From a virus, in IMG/VR virus record IMGVR_UViG_3300034013_000240, positions 3,414 to 67,413 of that record: a DNA stretch of 64,000 nt. One strand, 5' to 3'. The notes below the pieces were generated by a model. That model was not told the origin of the DNA, ran no database searches, and saw nothing but the letters and a program-made list of their open reading frames with translations. This document shows positions 1-9,019 of the stretch, one piece after another. Both the position numbers and the translations under genes were made by a program. Within the stretch, counting starts at the first letter, position 1. Each line of letters starts with the position of its first letter.

Positions 1-14
1 TTTTGTCTCATATT

Positions 15-557
15 TTACAATTGACTTAATTGTTCTTTAGTTAATTCAAAAGCACCTATAAGAGCTTCTTTTGTGTACTTACCCTCTGATATAGATTTAA
101 CCGCTTTGTCGAATCTGTCTTTATTGATTGGCATTTTCTTGTGGTCATTAGTAGCATCTGCATCTTGAGTATCATCAATAAGTAATAGATTACCTAGCGC
201 ATACTTCTTAGCGTAAGAAGAAGCCGAACCATACTGCTGAGGAACAGCCATTCCTTTTTGCATTAAGTCAACACCAACTATGGCTGAAGAACTAATGTCA
301 GCACCGCTATCTACATCGTGCATTTTAGCTACACTTTCTATTATTGGAGGGTCGCTATTGATTAGCTTCTCTGATATTGTAAAGTACACGTTGTACTCTT
401 TGTTAAATGGTTTCAATCCCTCTAATATATCTTCTGCGCTTCTGAAGTTATACTTAGCAAAAGAATTAAACCTACTTTTGTTAGCTTTGAATCTAACTTG
501 AATTTCACTTAGTTTTTGAAATGCTGTTAAAGCACTCTGATTTTTTGCTGTCGCCAT
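15..557 (-). CDS. erf: ERF-family single-strand annealing protein (recombinase)
   Basis: ERF-like motifs 'FNSFAKYNFRSAEDILE' and 'QQYGSASSYAKKYAL...LLIDDTQDAD'. Confidence 0.85.
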   Translation of the reverse strand: MATAKNQSALTAFQKLSEIQVRFKANKSRFNSFAKYNFRSAEDILEGLKPFNKEYNVYFTISEKLINSDPPIIESVAKMHDVDSGADISSSAIVGVDLMQKGMAVPQQYGSASSYAKKYALGNLLLIDDTQDADATNDHKKMPINKDRFDKAVKSISEGKYTKEALIGAFELTKEQLSQL

Positions 558-559
558 AA

Positions 560-1147
560 TTAATTAATTAAATTACTCCCTTTTTTTAAATTATCACTAG
601 CCCATAAGGGTTGCAGGTTAGTGTAGTGATTAAGTTTAAATACATCCTCTTTTGTTTTAGCGGTTGCTAATGGTATTACATGGTCTATATGTATTTCGCT
701 CCCTATTTTGCTCCAACACATACCGTTTGTAAATTTGCTCTCTATATGATTGTATAATACATCGAAGTCGCATCCAAGTATTTCCTTAGTTTTATTGTTT
801 TTATTCCATTTTTTTACGGAAAAAGAAGCCCTTACTCTAGCCCTAACATTAGAAATAAGCCTCTTCATTGGCTCGTGCTTATATTTGTTATATGTTTTTC
901 TCTGAGACTCGTTTACTTTATCTCTGTTGTTTAAAACATACTCTCTTCTGTAGTGTAAATCATATTTACGCTTTTTTTCTTTATCTATTTTTGATAATAT
1001 AACCTCCTTATTTTTGTTGTAATGAATTTTACTTTTGCCTGACCTACATTTTTTACATTCGTTTCTATATCCAGAAGTCGAATCTTTTCTAACTCCGAAA
1101 GAATTAATATCTTTCGTTTCAAAGCAGGTTTTACAAAACTTATCCAT
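560..1147 (-). CDS. HNH homing endonuclease with N-terminal CxxC...CxxC zinc finger
   Basis: 'IHIDHVIPLA...LNHYTNLQPLWASDNLKKG' HNH signature; paralogue of 33844..34659; has its own TATATTTG promoter. Confidence 0.85.
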   Translation of the reverse strand: MDKFCKTCFETKDINSFGVRKDSTSGYRNECKKCRSGKSKIHYNKNKEVILSKIDKEKKRKYDLHYRREYVLNNRDKVNESQRKTYNKYKHEPMKRLISNVRARVRASFSVKKWNKNNKTKEILGCDFDVLYNHIESKFTNGMCWSKIGSEIHIDHVIPLATAKTKEDVFKLNHYTNLQPLWASDNLKKGSNLIN

Positions 1148-1166
1148 AACATTAATTTAAGTTATA

Positions 1167-1174
1167 CAAATATA
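1167..1174 (-). promoter_or_regulatory. Bacteroidota-type -7 promoter element TATATTTG upstream of the HNH gene
   Basis: Matches TAnnTTTG about 20 nt upstream of ATG 1147. Confidence 0.6.
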
Positions 1175-1189
1175 CTAAATACCAATCAC

Positions 1190-1600
1190 TTAAACAAACA
1201 TTTCTTTATTTTTGTTGTGTATGACTAATATTTGTTTACACTTATCTCTATAGAACTCTATAGTTTTATGTGTTTTTTCTATCATTTTATACCCCATTCT
1301 ACTAGATGTTAGTAACCTAGTGTACCTACCAATGATTCCGTTATACAATCCGTAACTCATAAGGTCTGATGCCATTATAATACCAAATCTCAATATAATA
1401 TCCATCTCTTCATCAGTTAGTTTTTTATAATGCAATGGTCTTATATTGTAAGCTCTAAAAATTTTAAAGCCATCATCTAGCTCTTCTTTCTCGAACTTAT
1501 ACCCCTTGTAGAACATACATTTTTTATTCCCAAAGGTATGTACCGGCAATCTCATGTTAAAAGCCTTATCGAAGACCTTCTCTTGAATACTTACTTCCAT
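1190..1600 (-). CDS. hypothetical protein
   Basis: 136-aa ORF, co-oriented and tightly packed. Confidence 0.7.
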   Translation of the reverse strand: MEVSIQEKVFDKAFNMRLPVHTFGNKKCMFYKGYKFEKEELDDGFKIFRAYNIRPLHYKKLTDEEMDIILRFGIIMASDLMSYGLYNGIIGRYTRLLTSSRMGYKMIEKTHKTIEFYRDKCKQILVIHNKNKEMFV

Positions 1601-1602
1601 GT

Positions 1603-1743
1603 TTAATTATTTAATGCGTTACTATAAATTTTCTCGTAAGCAATACTCATTCTTTTGCTATCCGCTAGATGTATGCTTTTTAGCTTTAACATCCATTCGT
1701 AAAAGTTGGACATTTCTCTTTCTGCAATTTGTTCTTTACTCAT
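1603..1743 (-). CDS. small hypothetical protein (MSKEQIAEREMSNFYEW..., 46 aa; not in the ORF track)
   Basis: Manual translation, ATG 1743 to TAA 1603, A-rich leader, fills the gap between genes. Confidence 0.6.
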   Translation of the reverse strand: MSKEQIAEREMSNFYEWMLKLKSIHLADSKRMSIAYEKIYSNALNN

Positions 1744-1771
1744 CTTTATTTTATTTTTAAATTATTACTTT

Positions 1772-1996
1772 TTAAACAAAACCTAAATCTATAGACAAAC
1801 TTATTGTCATCACCATATTTCTATGCTCTATGTAGTATTTAGGGTGGTATTTCTTGATAAACACTTTTAAACTACCATCACTCTCACATCTTGATAGTAC
1901 ATCTAACTTTTCTTTTTTAGAGTATTTCTCTGTAAATAGGTTTTTAAAAACGTCTGAAACAAACTCTAAATTCTCATGATTGTGAACACTACACAT
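1772..1996 (-). CDS. hypothetical protein
   Basis: 74-aa ORF in a minus-strand operon. Confidence 0.55.
   Translation of the reverse strand: MCSVHNHENLEFVSDVFKNLFTEKYSKKEKLDVLSRCESDGSLKVFIKKYHPKYYIEHRNMVMTISLSIDLGFV
1976..1987 (+). repeat. 12-mer motif ATGATTGTGAAC, copy 1
   Basis: Exact match; see findings. Confidence 0.9.
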
Positions 1997-2015
1997 TGTA
2001 AAACTTATTACTCAG

Positions 2016-2243
2016 TCAATACTCTACTTCCTCTATTATCATTTCTTTTAACCTCTCGTTATCTTCTAGCAACCAAGTAAGGTCAATATCATTCCAAAGA
2101 ACCTCTGTTATTTTTACAGAGGACCTACTTCCTGGATAACCAGAGCCATCTCCATTGTGCATAACTTGGTTTTCTCCTTGAGTGTACTTAAATTCTATGT
2201 TTAACCACTCACCTCTATAGTTTAACCTAATTGAACTTTTCAT
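2016..2243 (-). CDS. hypothetical protein
   Basis: 75-aa ORF with ATGA-type coupling to the upstream gene; GDGSGYPG motif. Confidence 0.7.
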   Translation of the reverse strand: MKSSIRLNYRGEWLNIEFKYTQGENQVMHNGDGSGYPGSRSSVKITEVLWNDIDLTWLLEDNERLKEMIIEEVEY

Positions 2244-2512
2244 AATCCTTTTTCTTTTTTAAACATTTCTAATAGTTCTTCCAATACGTAGTATATAGTA
2301 GGCTTTTCTCTGCCTACATGCTTCATTACATCAAAATACAAAGACGATGTTTTACTATAATAAGTCTTGTCGCCATACATTAGAAAATTATCATCTTTCC
2401 ACTCTGCAAACTCAATAGCATAATCGTCCGATATAACTTCAAGTTGCTCCTCTCTTATCTGCAATCTAGGATTAGTATCTAGCCACTGTTTAAACTTTTC
2501 TTTTAGCTTCAT
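2240..2512 (-). CDS. hypothetical phage protein (…YAIEFAEW…LLEMFKKEKGL)
   Basis: 90-aa ORF, tightly packed. Confidence 0.7.
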   Translation of the reverse strand: MKLKEKFKQWLDTNPRLQIREEQLEVISDDYAIEFAEWKDDNFLMYGDKTYYSKTSSLYFDVMKHVGREKPTIYYVLEELLEMFKKEKGL

Positions 2513-2523
2513 CTTATTTCTTT

Positions 2524-2799
2524 TTAAATTGTTTTACAATTCCAATGAACCAATCCACCACTTTTAACAGCCATAAACAAATGACTATTAATATGTTCAA
2601 CTGAAATTACTTTCTTACAATTTTTACATATAACTTCTTCGCTATACAATTTCTTGTCTTGTTGTTGTTGCCATTTAGCGCCTTTTATAAAATTTCTTTT
2701 ACAAGCTAACTTAAAACTTTCTTTTGTTGGTTTATAGTTGTTTTCTAATTCATAGATTGCGTGTGATTTAGAAACTTCTTCAAGTGTTTCTTGTTCCAT
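2524..2799 (-). CDS. KQETLEE-family modular mini-protein (likely start MEQETLEEV at 2799)
   Basis: Shares QETLEEV, GAKWQQ and YSEEV blocks with its neighbours. Confidence 0.75.
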   Translation of the reverse strand: MEQETLEEVSKSHAIYELENNYKPTKESFKLACKRNFIKGAKWQQQQDKKLYSEEVICKNCKKVISVEHINSHLFMAVKSGGLVHWNCKTI

Positions 2800-2800
2800 A

Positions 2801-3043
2801 TTATTTCTTTTTATAGTTTTCAAACCATTTTTCTAAATATACAATATCGATTGGGTTAACTTCTATAATAGAATCCCTGTACATTTTTAAAATTTCTTTT
2901 ACTTCTTCCTCACTATACATCTGTTCTTGTTGCAGTTTAGTAAATAAAGTTACAATTTCAATAGAAGCAGTTTGAGCATCGGTAGAAGATATTATTCTTT
3001 GTATGTCTTTAGGTTTTACTTCTTCAAGTGTTTCTTGTTTCAT
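2801..3043 (-). CDS. KQETLEE-family modular mini-protein
   Basis: MKQETLEEV…QQEQMYSEEEV…WFENYKKK. Confidence 0.75.
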   Translation of the reverse strand: MKQETLEEVKPKDIQRIISSTDAQTASIEIVTLFTKLQQEQMYSEEEVKEILKMYRDSIIEVNPIDIVYLEKWFENYKKK

Positions 3044-3046
3044 ATC

Positions 3047-3313
3047 TTATTTCTTTTTAAATTGTTTAAACCAAATATCAATTACTGCCCAATTTGGTAT
3101 TTTATTATTTTGGACATCTCGATAAAAATTAACTAGAAACTCTAAAACTTCTTTGTTACTGTACTTATTCTTGTTTTGTTCTTGTTGCCATTTAGCACCT
3201 TCAACAAATCTTTCTCTTTCAAAATCAATTTCACAATTTCTATCAAACACACCATAACCTACTTCGTATGGATATAGTCTTTCAGCAACTTCCTCAAGTG
3301 TTTCTTGTTTCAT
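3047..3313 (-). CDS. KQETLEE-family modular mini-protein
   Basis: MKQETLEEV…GAKWQQEQ…YSNKEV…WFKQFKKK. Confidence 0.75.
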   Translation of the reverse strand: MKQETLEEVAERLYPYEVGYGVFDRNCEIDFERERFVEGAKWQQEQNKNKYSNKEVLEFLVNFYRDVQNNKIPNWAVIDIWFKQFKKK

Positions 3314-3316
3314 ATC

Positions 3317-4108
3317 TCACTTCTTTTTAAATTGTTCGAACCATTTATCAGTTTTAATGTCGCAAACTAAAGTTTCAAAATCATCATCTAATTCTGTTGA
3401 ATTGATAATATCTTTTTTAAATTTTTTCAACAACGTTATTACCTGCTCCTCACTATACATTCCTTCTTGCTTTTCAAAACCATACTTCTCAATTAATCTA
3501 ATTGCTTGAGATTCATTACCGCATTCAAGACAAAACTTAATGTGTTGCAATAAATCAAACTCAAGTGTTTCTTGTTTGGGTTCTTGTAGTTGTTTAGGTT
3601 TATCACTCCAAAATTGTTTATCATTTTTAGTCCCAAATACTCTTGTTTTAGGTTCTTCTTTTGGAATGATTTGACCTAATTCTAACATATCAATTTCTTT
3701 TGGAATGATTATTTCATAATCTTTAGTTGATTTTTCATTAACATACGAAATAAAATTAACAAACTCACAACTTGGATTCTTAACAAACCATTCTAAGAAC
3801 TCATCATCTATAGCTTGTACACCATCTTTGATTAAGTCTTGGTCTGTTGTTAGGATGATTTTTTTTGGTTCATGATTAAAAAATAATGCCATTGTATTTT
3901 TCCATAGGAAAACTCTTGTTCCTTGTATAACCCAAATGTCATTTTCAAACCCACTAATTTCTTCGTCAGAAGTGATGTAAATGTTTTGGTTTAAAGATTC
4001 TCCTTTCGATGTAGAATATTCTGGTTCAAAAAATAATTGACCTAAATTCATATAAATCCTACTTGGTTTGTCTGTTGGTGTTACCCATAAATTTCTTTTC
4101 TTTTCCAT
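3317..4108 (-). CDS. hypothetical protein with a C-terminal KQETLE module
   Basis: N-terminal domain (…QNIYITSDEEI…KKIILTTDQDLIKDGVQAIDDEFLEWFVKNPSCEFV) fused to PKQETLE…YSEEQV…WFEQFKKK. Confidence 0.8.
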   Translation of the reverse strand: MEKKRNLWVTPTDKPSRIYMNLGQLFFEPEYSTSKGESLNQNIYITSDEEISGFENDIWVIQGTRVFLWKNTMALFFNHEPKKIILTTDQDLIKDGVQAIDDEFLEWFVKNPSCEFVNFISYVNEKSTKDYEIIIPKEIDMLELGQIIPKEEPKTRVFGTKNDKQFWSDKPKQLQEPKQETLEFDLLQHIKFCLECGNESQAIRLIEKYGFEKQEGMYSEEQVITLLKKFKKDIINSTELDDDFETLVCDIKTDKWFEQFKKK

Positions 4109-4114
4109 ACAAAA

Positions 4115-4324
4115 TTAATTTATGATTGTGAACAATTCCCTCTCAATTAAATCAAGAGGGTTATTGATTGTATTGTAAATTTTCTCTGCTTGTTTAAAGG
4201 TTAAGTTGCTTTCCATTTGTATCTTTTTTATTTGATTGATACGTTCTTTGTACTCCATTTCTAAAGAGTGTGCAACATCAGCGATGCACACTCTGTTTGT
4301 ACGTGGTCTTTTTTGTTTAATCAT
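4115..4324 (-). CDS. hypothetical protein
   Basis: 69-aa ORF; weak similarity to 9130..9333 (R.R…E…N.T+.+A.K). Confidence 0.65.
   Translation of the reverse strand: MIKQKRPRTNRVCIADVAHSLEMEYKERINQIKKIQMESNLTFKQAEKIYNTINNPLDLIERELFTIIN
4122..4133 (+). repeat. 12-mer motif ATGATTGTGAAC, copy 2
   Basis: Exact match. Confidence 0.9.
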
Positions 4325-6065
4325 TAACTAATACCTCCTCTTCTTTCTTCTCATAAACTAATACACCTTCAATAGTTATACTCAATATCTCGTCAGTTAA
4401 CGTGTTTATTATTTGTTGCGCATCCATAGAACCTCTATCTATCTTTGTATCGAATTTGTACCCACCTACATATTCTATACTAACATCTACCAACTCATCA
4501 GTTATAAAGTAGTCTTCATTAGATATATCATTGTAATAAGACTCATCAACATGAACATCTTCCCCTATTGAGTTAATCCACACTGCATCATCACATAATA
4601 CATATTCCCCAACGTATCTTGATTTGCTGAAAGATATATAAGAAGTGTCTTCAAGAAGAACGTATCCAGAACCATCAATATGAACAACATCTGTTTTTAA
4701 ATACCATCTATCATCTCTATCGCTAAAAGCGCAATATCTCTCATTATAATAATCACCATCAATCAGAATGCAATCATCGTCGTCAGCATCCATTCTTTCA
4801 TCGCTTATCGCGCAAGTAACGTAATCACCATCAAATAACTCTGAGTTTCCATCCGTACAAGTTAACTCGTTGTCACCATAACTATTATTTAGCTCTATAT
4901 AATCATCATCTACATTATCTACATACTTAAATGTATCCATATATGGAGCTGTTCTTGCGTTTTTTAATGATATTTTTAATACTCTCTCGAACTCACTTAC
5001 TGAGTCAGTTTCCTTAATGTATTGACACCAAGTAATTGGGTCTGAATAACTTTGCTCTGCCTTCCATATAATGTCGTTTTCTTTAGCGTATTTTATGAAT
5101 TTATGAATCATTGAGTCACTACCATAAATCCTATCCATATACAATTGACCGCCTATCATCCATAACAAAGCTCTTCCAGTTACTTTGCCACTTTGATTTA
5201 AGTAAGTCAGCATAGAGATTACCTCTGGGTTGATTGAATAAAGACGTAGATAATCTTGGCAACTATCGTATCTCATACAGCTATTACCTAAACTACCAGT
5301 ACTAACCTCGCTTTCTACTTTATCCTCGTGATAATATTTTACTATATCATCCCCAGTAAATACAACAAACTCACCCTTATCAACATAATGAGCCACCAAC
5401 TTATTATTTAGTTCCTCGTAAAAACTATCAGAGTATTTGAATAGTGTTCTTACTTTCTTAATTACTCTTATTGGTTTAGCACTAGTTCTAGTTTCTTTCT
5501 TCCACGCATCGCCACTATCACTCATTATTGTATTCTTGTTTTTAGCTTGATAAGATACTAACAATTCTTGGTCTGTAGTTTTACAATGAAAATTTCTATC
5601 GTATGTTTTATTAAACACTTTATAGTCGTAAGCTATTAACTCAGCTCTAAACAACGACGACTGAATGTGTTTCATTTCACTAAGAATGTCAGTAATTGCA
5701 ACTTGAAACTTACGGCTAAACAATGAATATTTTATGTGTACGCCTCTATACTCTCTTGTTGTGCAAAAGTGTAATATATCGTTCAATGTTAATTCGTTTG
5801 GTAGGAAGCTGAGTTCTATTGTGTCAAGACCTATATTGTACCACTCTTTATCTTTAAGTTGATTATAAATATATTCATGTACTAAGGTTCTATCTGTACT
5901 TTCATTACTATAATCAACATAATACATTATTACCTCTCTAAAACCTCTAGGCGAAACTGCCATGACGTTATTCCTTAATAACTCCTTTAATGATTGTGAA
6001 ACCTCTTGTTCTCCAAAAGCATCTAGTATTCCTATCGCATCGAATATTGAAAATTTAATGTTCAT
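4317..6065 (-). CDS. conserved phage hypothetical protein (SCMR…GRALLW…YMDRIY…PYMDTF core plus acidic Cys/Asp-rich tail)
   Basis: 582-aa ORF; motif set recognised as recurring in phage proteins of unknown function. Confidence 0.75.
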   Translation of the reverse strand: MNIKFSIFDAIGILDAFGEQEVSQSLKELLRNNVMAVSPRGFREVIMYYVDYSNESTDRTLVHEYIYNQLKDKEWYNIGLDTIELSFLPNELTLNDILHFCTTREYRGVHIKYSLFSRKFQVAITDILSEMKHIQSSLFRAELIAYDYKVFNKTYDRNFHCKTTDQELLVSYQAKNKNTIMSDSGDAWKKETRTSAKPIRVIKKVRTLFKYSDSFYEELNNKLVAHYVDKGEFVVFTGDDIVKYYHEDKVESEVSTGSLGNSCMRYDSCQDYLRLYSINPEVISMLTYLNQSGKVTGRALLWMIGGQLYMDRIYGSDSMIHKFIKYAKENDIIWKAEQSYSDPITWCQYIKETDSVSEFERVLKISLKNARTAPYMDTFKYVDNVDDDYIELNNSYGDNELTCTDGNSELFDGDYVTCAISDERMDADDDDCILIDGDYYNERYCAFSDRDDRWYLKTDVVHIDGSGYVLLEDTSYISFSKSRYVGEYVLCDDAVWINSIGEDVHVDESYYNDISNEDYFITDELVDVSIEYVGGYKFDTKIDRGSMDAQQIINTLTDEILSITIEGVLVYEKKEEEVLVND

Positions 6066-6095
6066 CTTTTTTTTATTTTATTTGTTATTATTATT

Positions 6096-7163
6096 TTAAT
6101 GTTTCTCTCCGTAAGCTATATCTAGGTACTCATCCATAGTCATTGCGCTACCGCAATTAGAACACTCTATATCATTAGTAAATTCATCATGCACAGCTGA
6201 TGTATATCCGCAATTAAAGCACTCCATTTTACCCACAAAACTAATACCTAAATCTTCTAATTCGTCTCCAAAAACATCATCTACTTCAATAGATTGGTTT
6301 TCTTTTTTCCAATCATCAAAGGTTTTTATGTTTGTATTTGTTAAATACCCCCCAGTTCCATAGCTAGAATATCCATAACCATAACCACCGATATAACTCA
6401 TTCTGTCTTGCTCATTTATTCTCCACAACTTAGTTGATAACTCGTCAAAGAACTCCATGCACATCATGTAGGTATTATAAACATCTGAAATTGAAACCCA
6501 CTCGTTATCTGTGTGAGGCAAATAATAACCGCAAGACATATTTGCTACACATATCTCTGTACTCTCGGCAATCATCAACACATCAGTCATACCTCCATCT
6601 ACTTCTTGCCTTCCGTATTTAGTTAGTATTGGTTTTATAGCCTCACTAAATTCATCGCTATACAGTTTTGTCCAAGATATTTTACTAACAAAATCCTTAT
6701 TTCCTTTTCTATCGCACTCTAAAACAAAAGAGCAATCGTTAAAGAACGTAAAATCACATTGACTACTACCAACACAACCTATCTCTTCATCTACGAAAAA
6801 AGCAGCTTTAAAGTTATCGTAATGCTTAATCATTTGTAGGGTTATAAAGATACCTACTTTATCATCCCCACCAATACCAAGCCTATTGCAATCTTTTGTG
6901 TCTATTGCAAACAGTTTGTCTTTTGTTTGGTGTACCTCGTAGTTTGGGTTGTACATGTGAACCGTATCTATATGGCAAACCATAGATGGGTATATCTCTG
7001 CCTCTCCCTTGACTACATAAATATTCCCTACGTGGTCTCTATATGGACTTAAACCCATACTCTCTAGCTCTTTAAATATAAATCTAGACATGTGTCTAAA
7101 TCTACCGCTATACGATTGTATCTGCAATACTTTAATCAATTGTAACTCAAAATGTCTGTTCAT
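6096..7163 (-). CDS. Zn-dependent peptidase, M28/M20/M42-like, with C-terminal CxxC…CxxC zinc ribbon
   Basis: Metal-ligand pattern HIDTVH, GGDDKVG, DEEIG, DRKG, YYLPHTDNE. Confidence 0.8.
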   Translation of the reverse strand: MNRHFELQLIKVLQIQSYSGRFRHMSRFIFKELESMGLSPYRDHVGNIYVVKGEAEIYPSMVCHIDTVHMYNPNYEVHQTKDKLFAIDTKDCNRLGIGGDDKVGIFITLQMIKHYDNFKAAFFVDEEIGCVGSSQCDFTFFNDCSFVLECDRKGNKDFVSKISWTKLYSDEFSEAIKPILTKYGRQEVDGGMTDVLMIAESTEICVANMSCGYYLPHTDNEWVSISDVYNTYMMCMEFFDELSTKLWRINEQDRMSYIGGYGYGYSSYGTGGYLTNTNIKTFDDWKKENQSIEVDDVFGDELEDLGISFVGKMECFNCGYTSAVHDEFTNDIECSNCGSAMTMDEYLDIAYGEKH

Positions 7164-7198
7164 CTTTTTTTATTTTATTTGTTATTATTATTTTTAGC

Positions 7199-7345
7199 AC
7201 CCTATTTCTTACACTGGGAAGTGATAGCAGCCTCACTGTTCGTATTCACTGTTCTGAGATAAGAGTAGGGTCAAGCCGAGAACTCCCAATGGTTTGTAAT
7301 AGCGTATCTCGTACAGCTATATCCATTCTATATATTACTATATAG
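7199..7345 (-). ncRNA. putative structured leader/ncRNA (pseudoknot, GNRA hairpin) upstream of the peptidase
   Basis: GC-enriched intergenic region with several complementary segments (see findings). Confidence 0.45.
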
Positions 7346-7377
7346 TTTCTATCAGGGTTTAGTCTTTCTGATTTTGA

Positions 7378-7722
7378 TTACTTATCTAAAGAATCATATT
7401 CTCCTTGCAAGAAAGCTATTTTCTCTAAGTGAGAATTAAGAGCGTCTTGAGCATCGGTTAGTACGTTTTTAGCGTCTAAAAGACTTCTTACATACACATT
7501 TCTGTCTGTAATCAATTTACCGTTGTTTACCCTAGCTATTCTAAGGTTTTCTTGAGCGTACTCAACTGTATCTTCTAGTGTGATTGTATCACCATTTAAA
7601 GATGCAATTTGTGTCTTCAAAGCACTGTCTGCTTGTCTTAGGATTTTTTGACCTGTTGCTTCAGCGTTATCACCTGCGATAATTGCTACTACTTCTTTTA
7701 CGAAACTTTTCATTTTGTTCAT
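7378..7722 (-). CDS. hypothetical coiled-coil protein
   Basis: 114-aa helical, Ala/Leu-rich ORF. Confidence 0.75.
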   Translation of the reverse strand: MNKMKSFVKEVVAIIAGDNAEATGQKILRQADSALKTQIASLNGDTITLEDTVEYAQENLRIARVNNGKLITDRNVYVRSLLDAKNVLTDAQDALNSHLEKIAFLQGEYDSLDK

Positions 7723-7732
7723 GTTTTAAAGA

Positions 7733-8779
7733 TTAAAATTTAATTGATTTATTTTTAGTGCGTAGTTTTAAATTTACAGAGTGCACTGGCTCTATAAAAG
7801 TTTTATGATTGTGAACAATATCACTTTGCTGTTGAGTCTTTTCAAAGTTATAAACTTGTTCGTGTTTATTGTTCTCTGTTATAAATTGCTTCTCGTACTT
7901 ATCTTTAGTTGATTTAACCCAACTACTTCCCTCATATTCTTCAAGAACTTTTTTCCAAGTCCACGAACTATGAATATCGACTGAATTAAAATCAAAATCT
8001 GACGTTTTAAATATTGGATAACCATTGTTTGCTTTAATGGTTTTTGACCATCCACTAAGGTTTAAACACTCTACATATTCATAAACACTATCATCTGTTG
8101 ATTCAGGATGATAATCTATAGGCATTAATTCATATCTTATATTTAGATATTTTTCACTTAAAGCACATGTGCAAGTGTATGATTTTTGACTAGGGAAATC
8201 AACGGTACGACTAGACTTGATAATACCTATCTCTCCAGCCCTTACTGAGCCGTAATTTGGATAATTAATTAAAGCTTTTAAGTATCTACCTATATGTTGT
8301 GATAAGTCATCAAAATACTCTACAACATCGCTAGTCTTAGATACTTGGTCTTCGGGTAGTTTAATTATTGAAGCTCCTTGACGATTAACCATATCTATAG
8401 AGTAATTATTAAATCTTCCATTTATAACTCCGTAGAATACGTGTATATTATTCGGACTATAAAAATTACCTATATGTCTTCTAGTATCAATACCAAGTGA
8501 TTGAAAATATTTTATTATTCTTTCTCCGTGTTCTTCAGATGTGTTTTCTATAACAATATTATCTACCACCACTTCTTTTTTAACATATTCGTTTGCTTTA
8601 AACCACCATCCAGACATTCCAAAACCTCTATTCTTATCGCAATGTTCATTATATTCATCAGGTATGTCCGCCCCCATATAAAAACTCATGTCAAGAGTCC
8701 ATGATACAGGTATGCCACGAGAAGTATTTATTTCACTTGCGTCATACTCGTCTAACCTTTTAAATCTATATTTAGCCAT
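7733..8779 (-). CDS. hypothetical multi-module protein
   Basis: 348-aa ORF in the operon. Confidence 0.75.
   Translation of the reverse strand: MAKYRFKRLDEYDASEINTSRGIPVSWTLDMSFYMGADIPDEYNEHCDKNRGFGMSGWWFKANEYVKKEVVVDNIVIENTSEEHGERIIKYFQSLGIDTRRHIGNFYSPNNIHVFYGVINGRFNNYSIDMVNRQGASIIKLPEDQVSKTSDVVEYFDDLSQHIGRYLKALINYPNYGSVRAGEIGIIKSSRTVDFPSQKSYTCTCALSEKYLNIRYELMPIDYHPESTDDSVYEYVECLNLSGWSKTIKANNGYPIFKTSDFDFNSVDIHSSWTWKKVLEEYEGSSWVKSTKDKYEKQFITENNKHEQVYNFEKTQQQSDIVHNHKTFIEPVHSVNLKLRTKNKSIKF
7805..7816 (+). repeat. 12-mer motif ATGATTGTGAAC, copy 3
   Basis: Exact match. Confidence 0.9.
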
Positions 8780-8781
8780 AT

Positions 8782-8991
8782 CTAAAAGTTTTTAGTTTTA
8801 TGATTGTGAACGTCGTCCAATACTAAAATTAGAGGTATCCACCCAATAAATAGATTTAATCCAATTACAGCATTACAAGTCATTGCTTCTTTATACGTCA
8901 TATCAGATAATAGATATACCATAAGACCAAAGAACATCCACGTTATAAGAAGCGTAGATACTCCAACTATTAAAAGTTTAGTATTTTTCAT
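8782..8991 (-). CDS. small membrane protein (2 TM helices)
   Basis: Two hydrophobic stretches. Confidence 0.7.
   Translation of the reverse strand: MKNTKLLIVGVSTLLITWMFFGLMVYLLSDMTYKEAMTCNAVIGLNLFIGWIPLILVLDDVHNHKTKNF
8800..8811 (+). repeat. 12-mer motif ATGATTGTGAAC, copy 4
   Basis: Exact match. Confidence 0.9.
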
Positions 8992-9019
8992 GTTTATTAT
9001 TTGGTTTTTAAATTAACAT

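Noticed and set aside
2524-3720. KQETLEE repeats as a CRISPR array or DGR template/variable repeats
   Set aside because: The repeats are degenerate, in-frame coding and irregularly spaced. There is no cas or reverse transcriptase gene in the window and no adenine-specific mismatch pattern.
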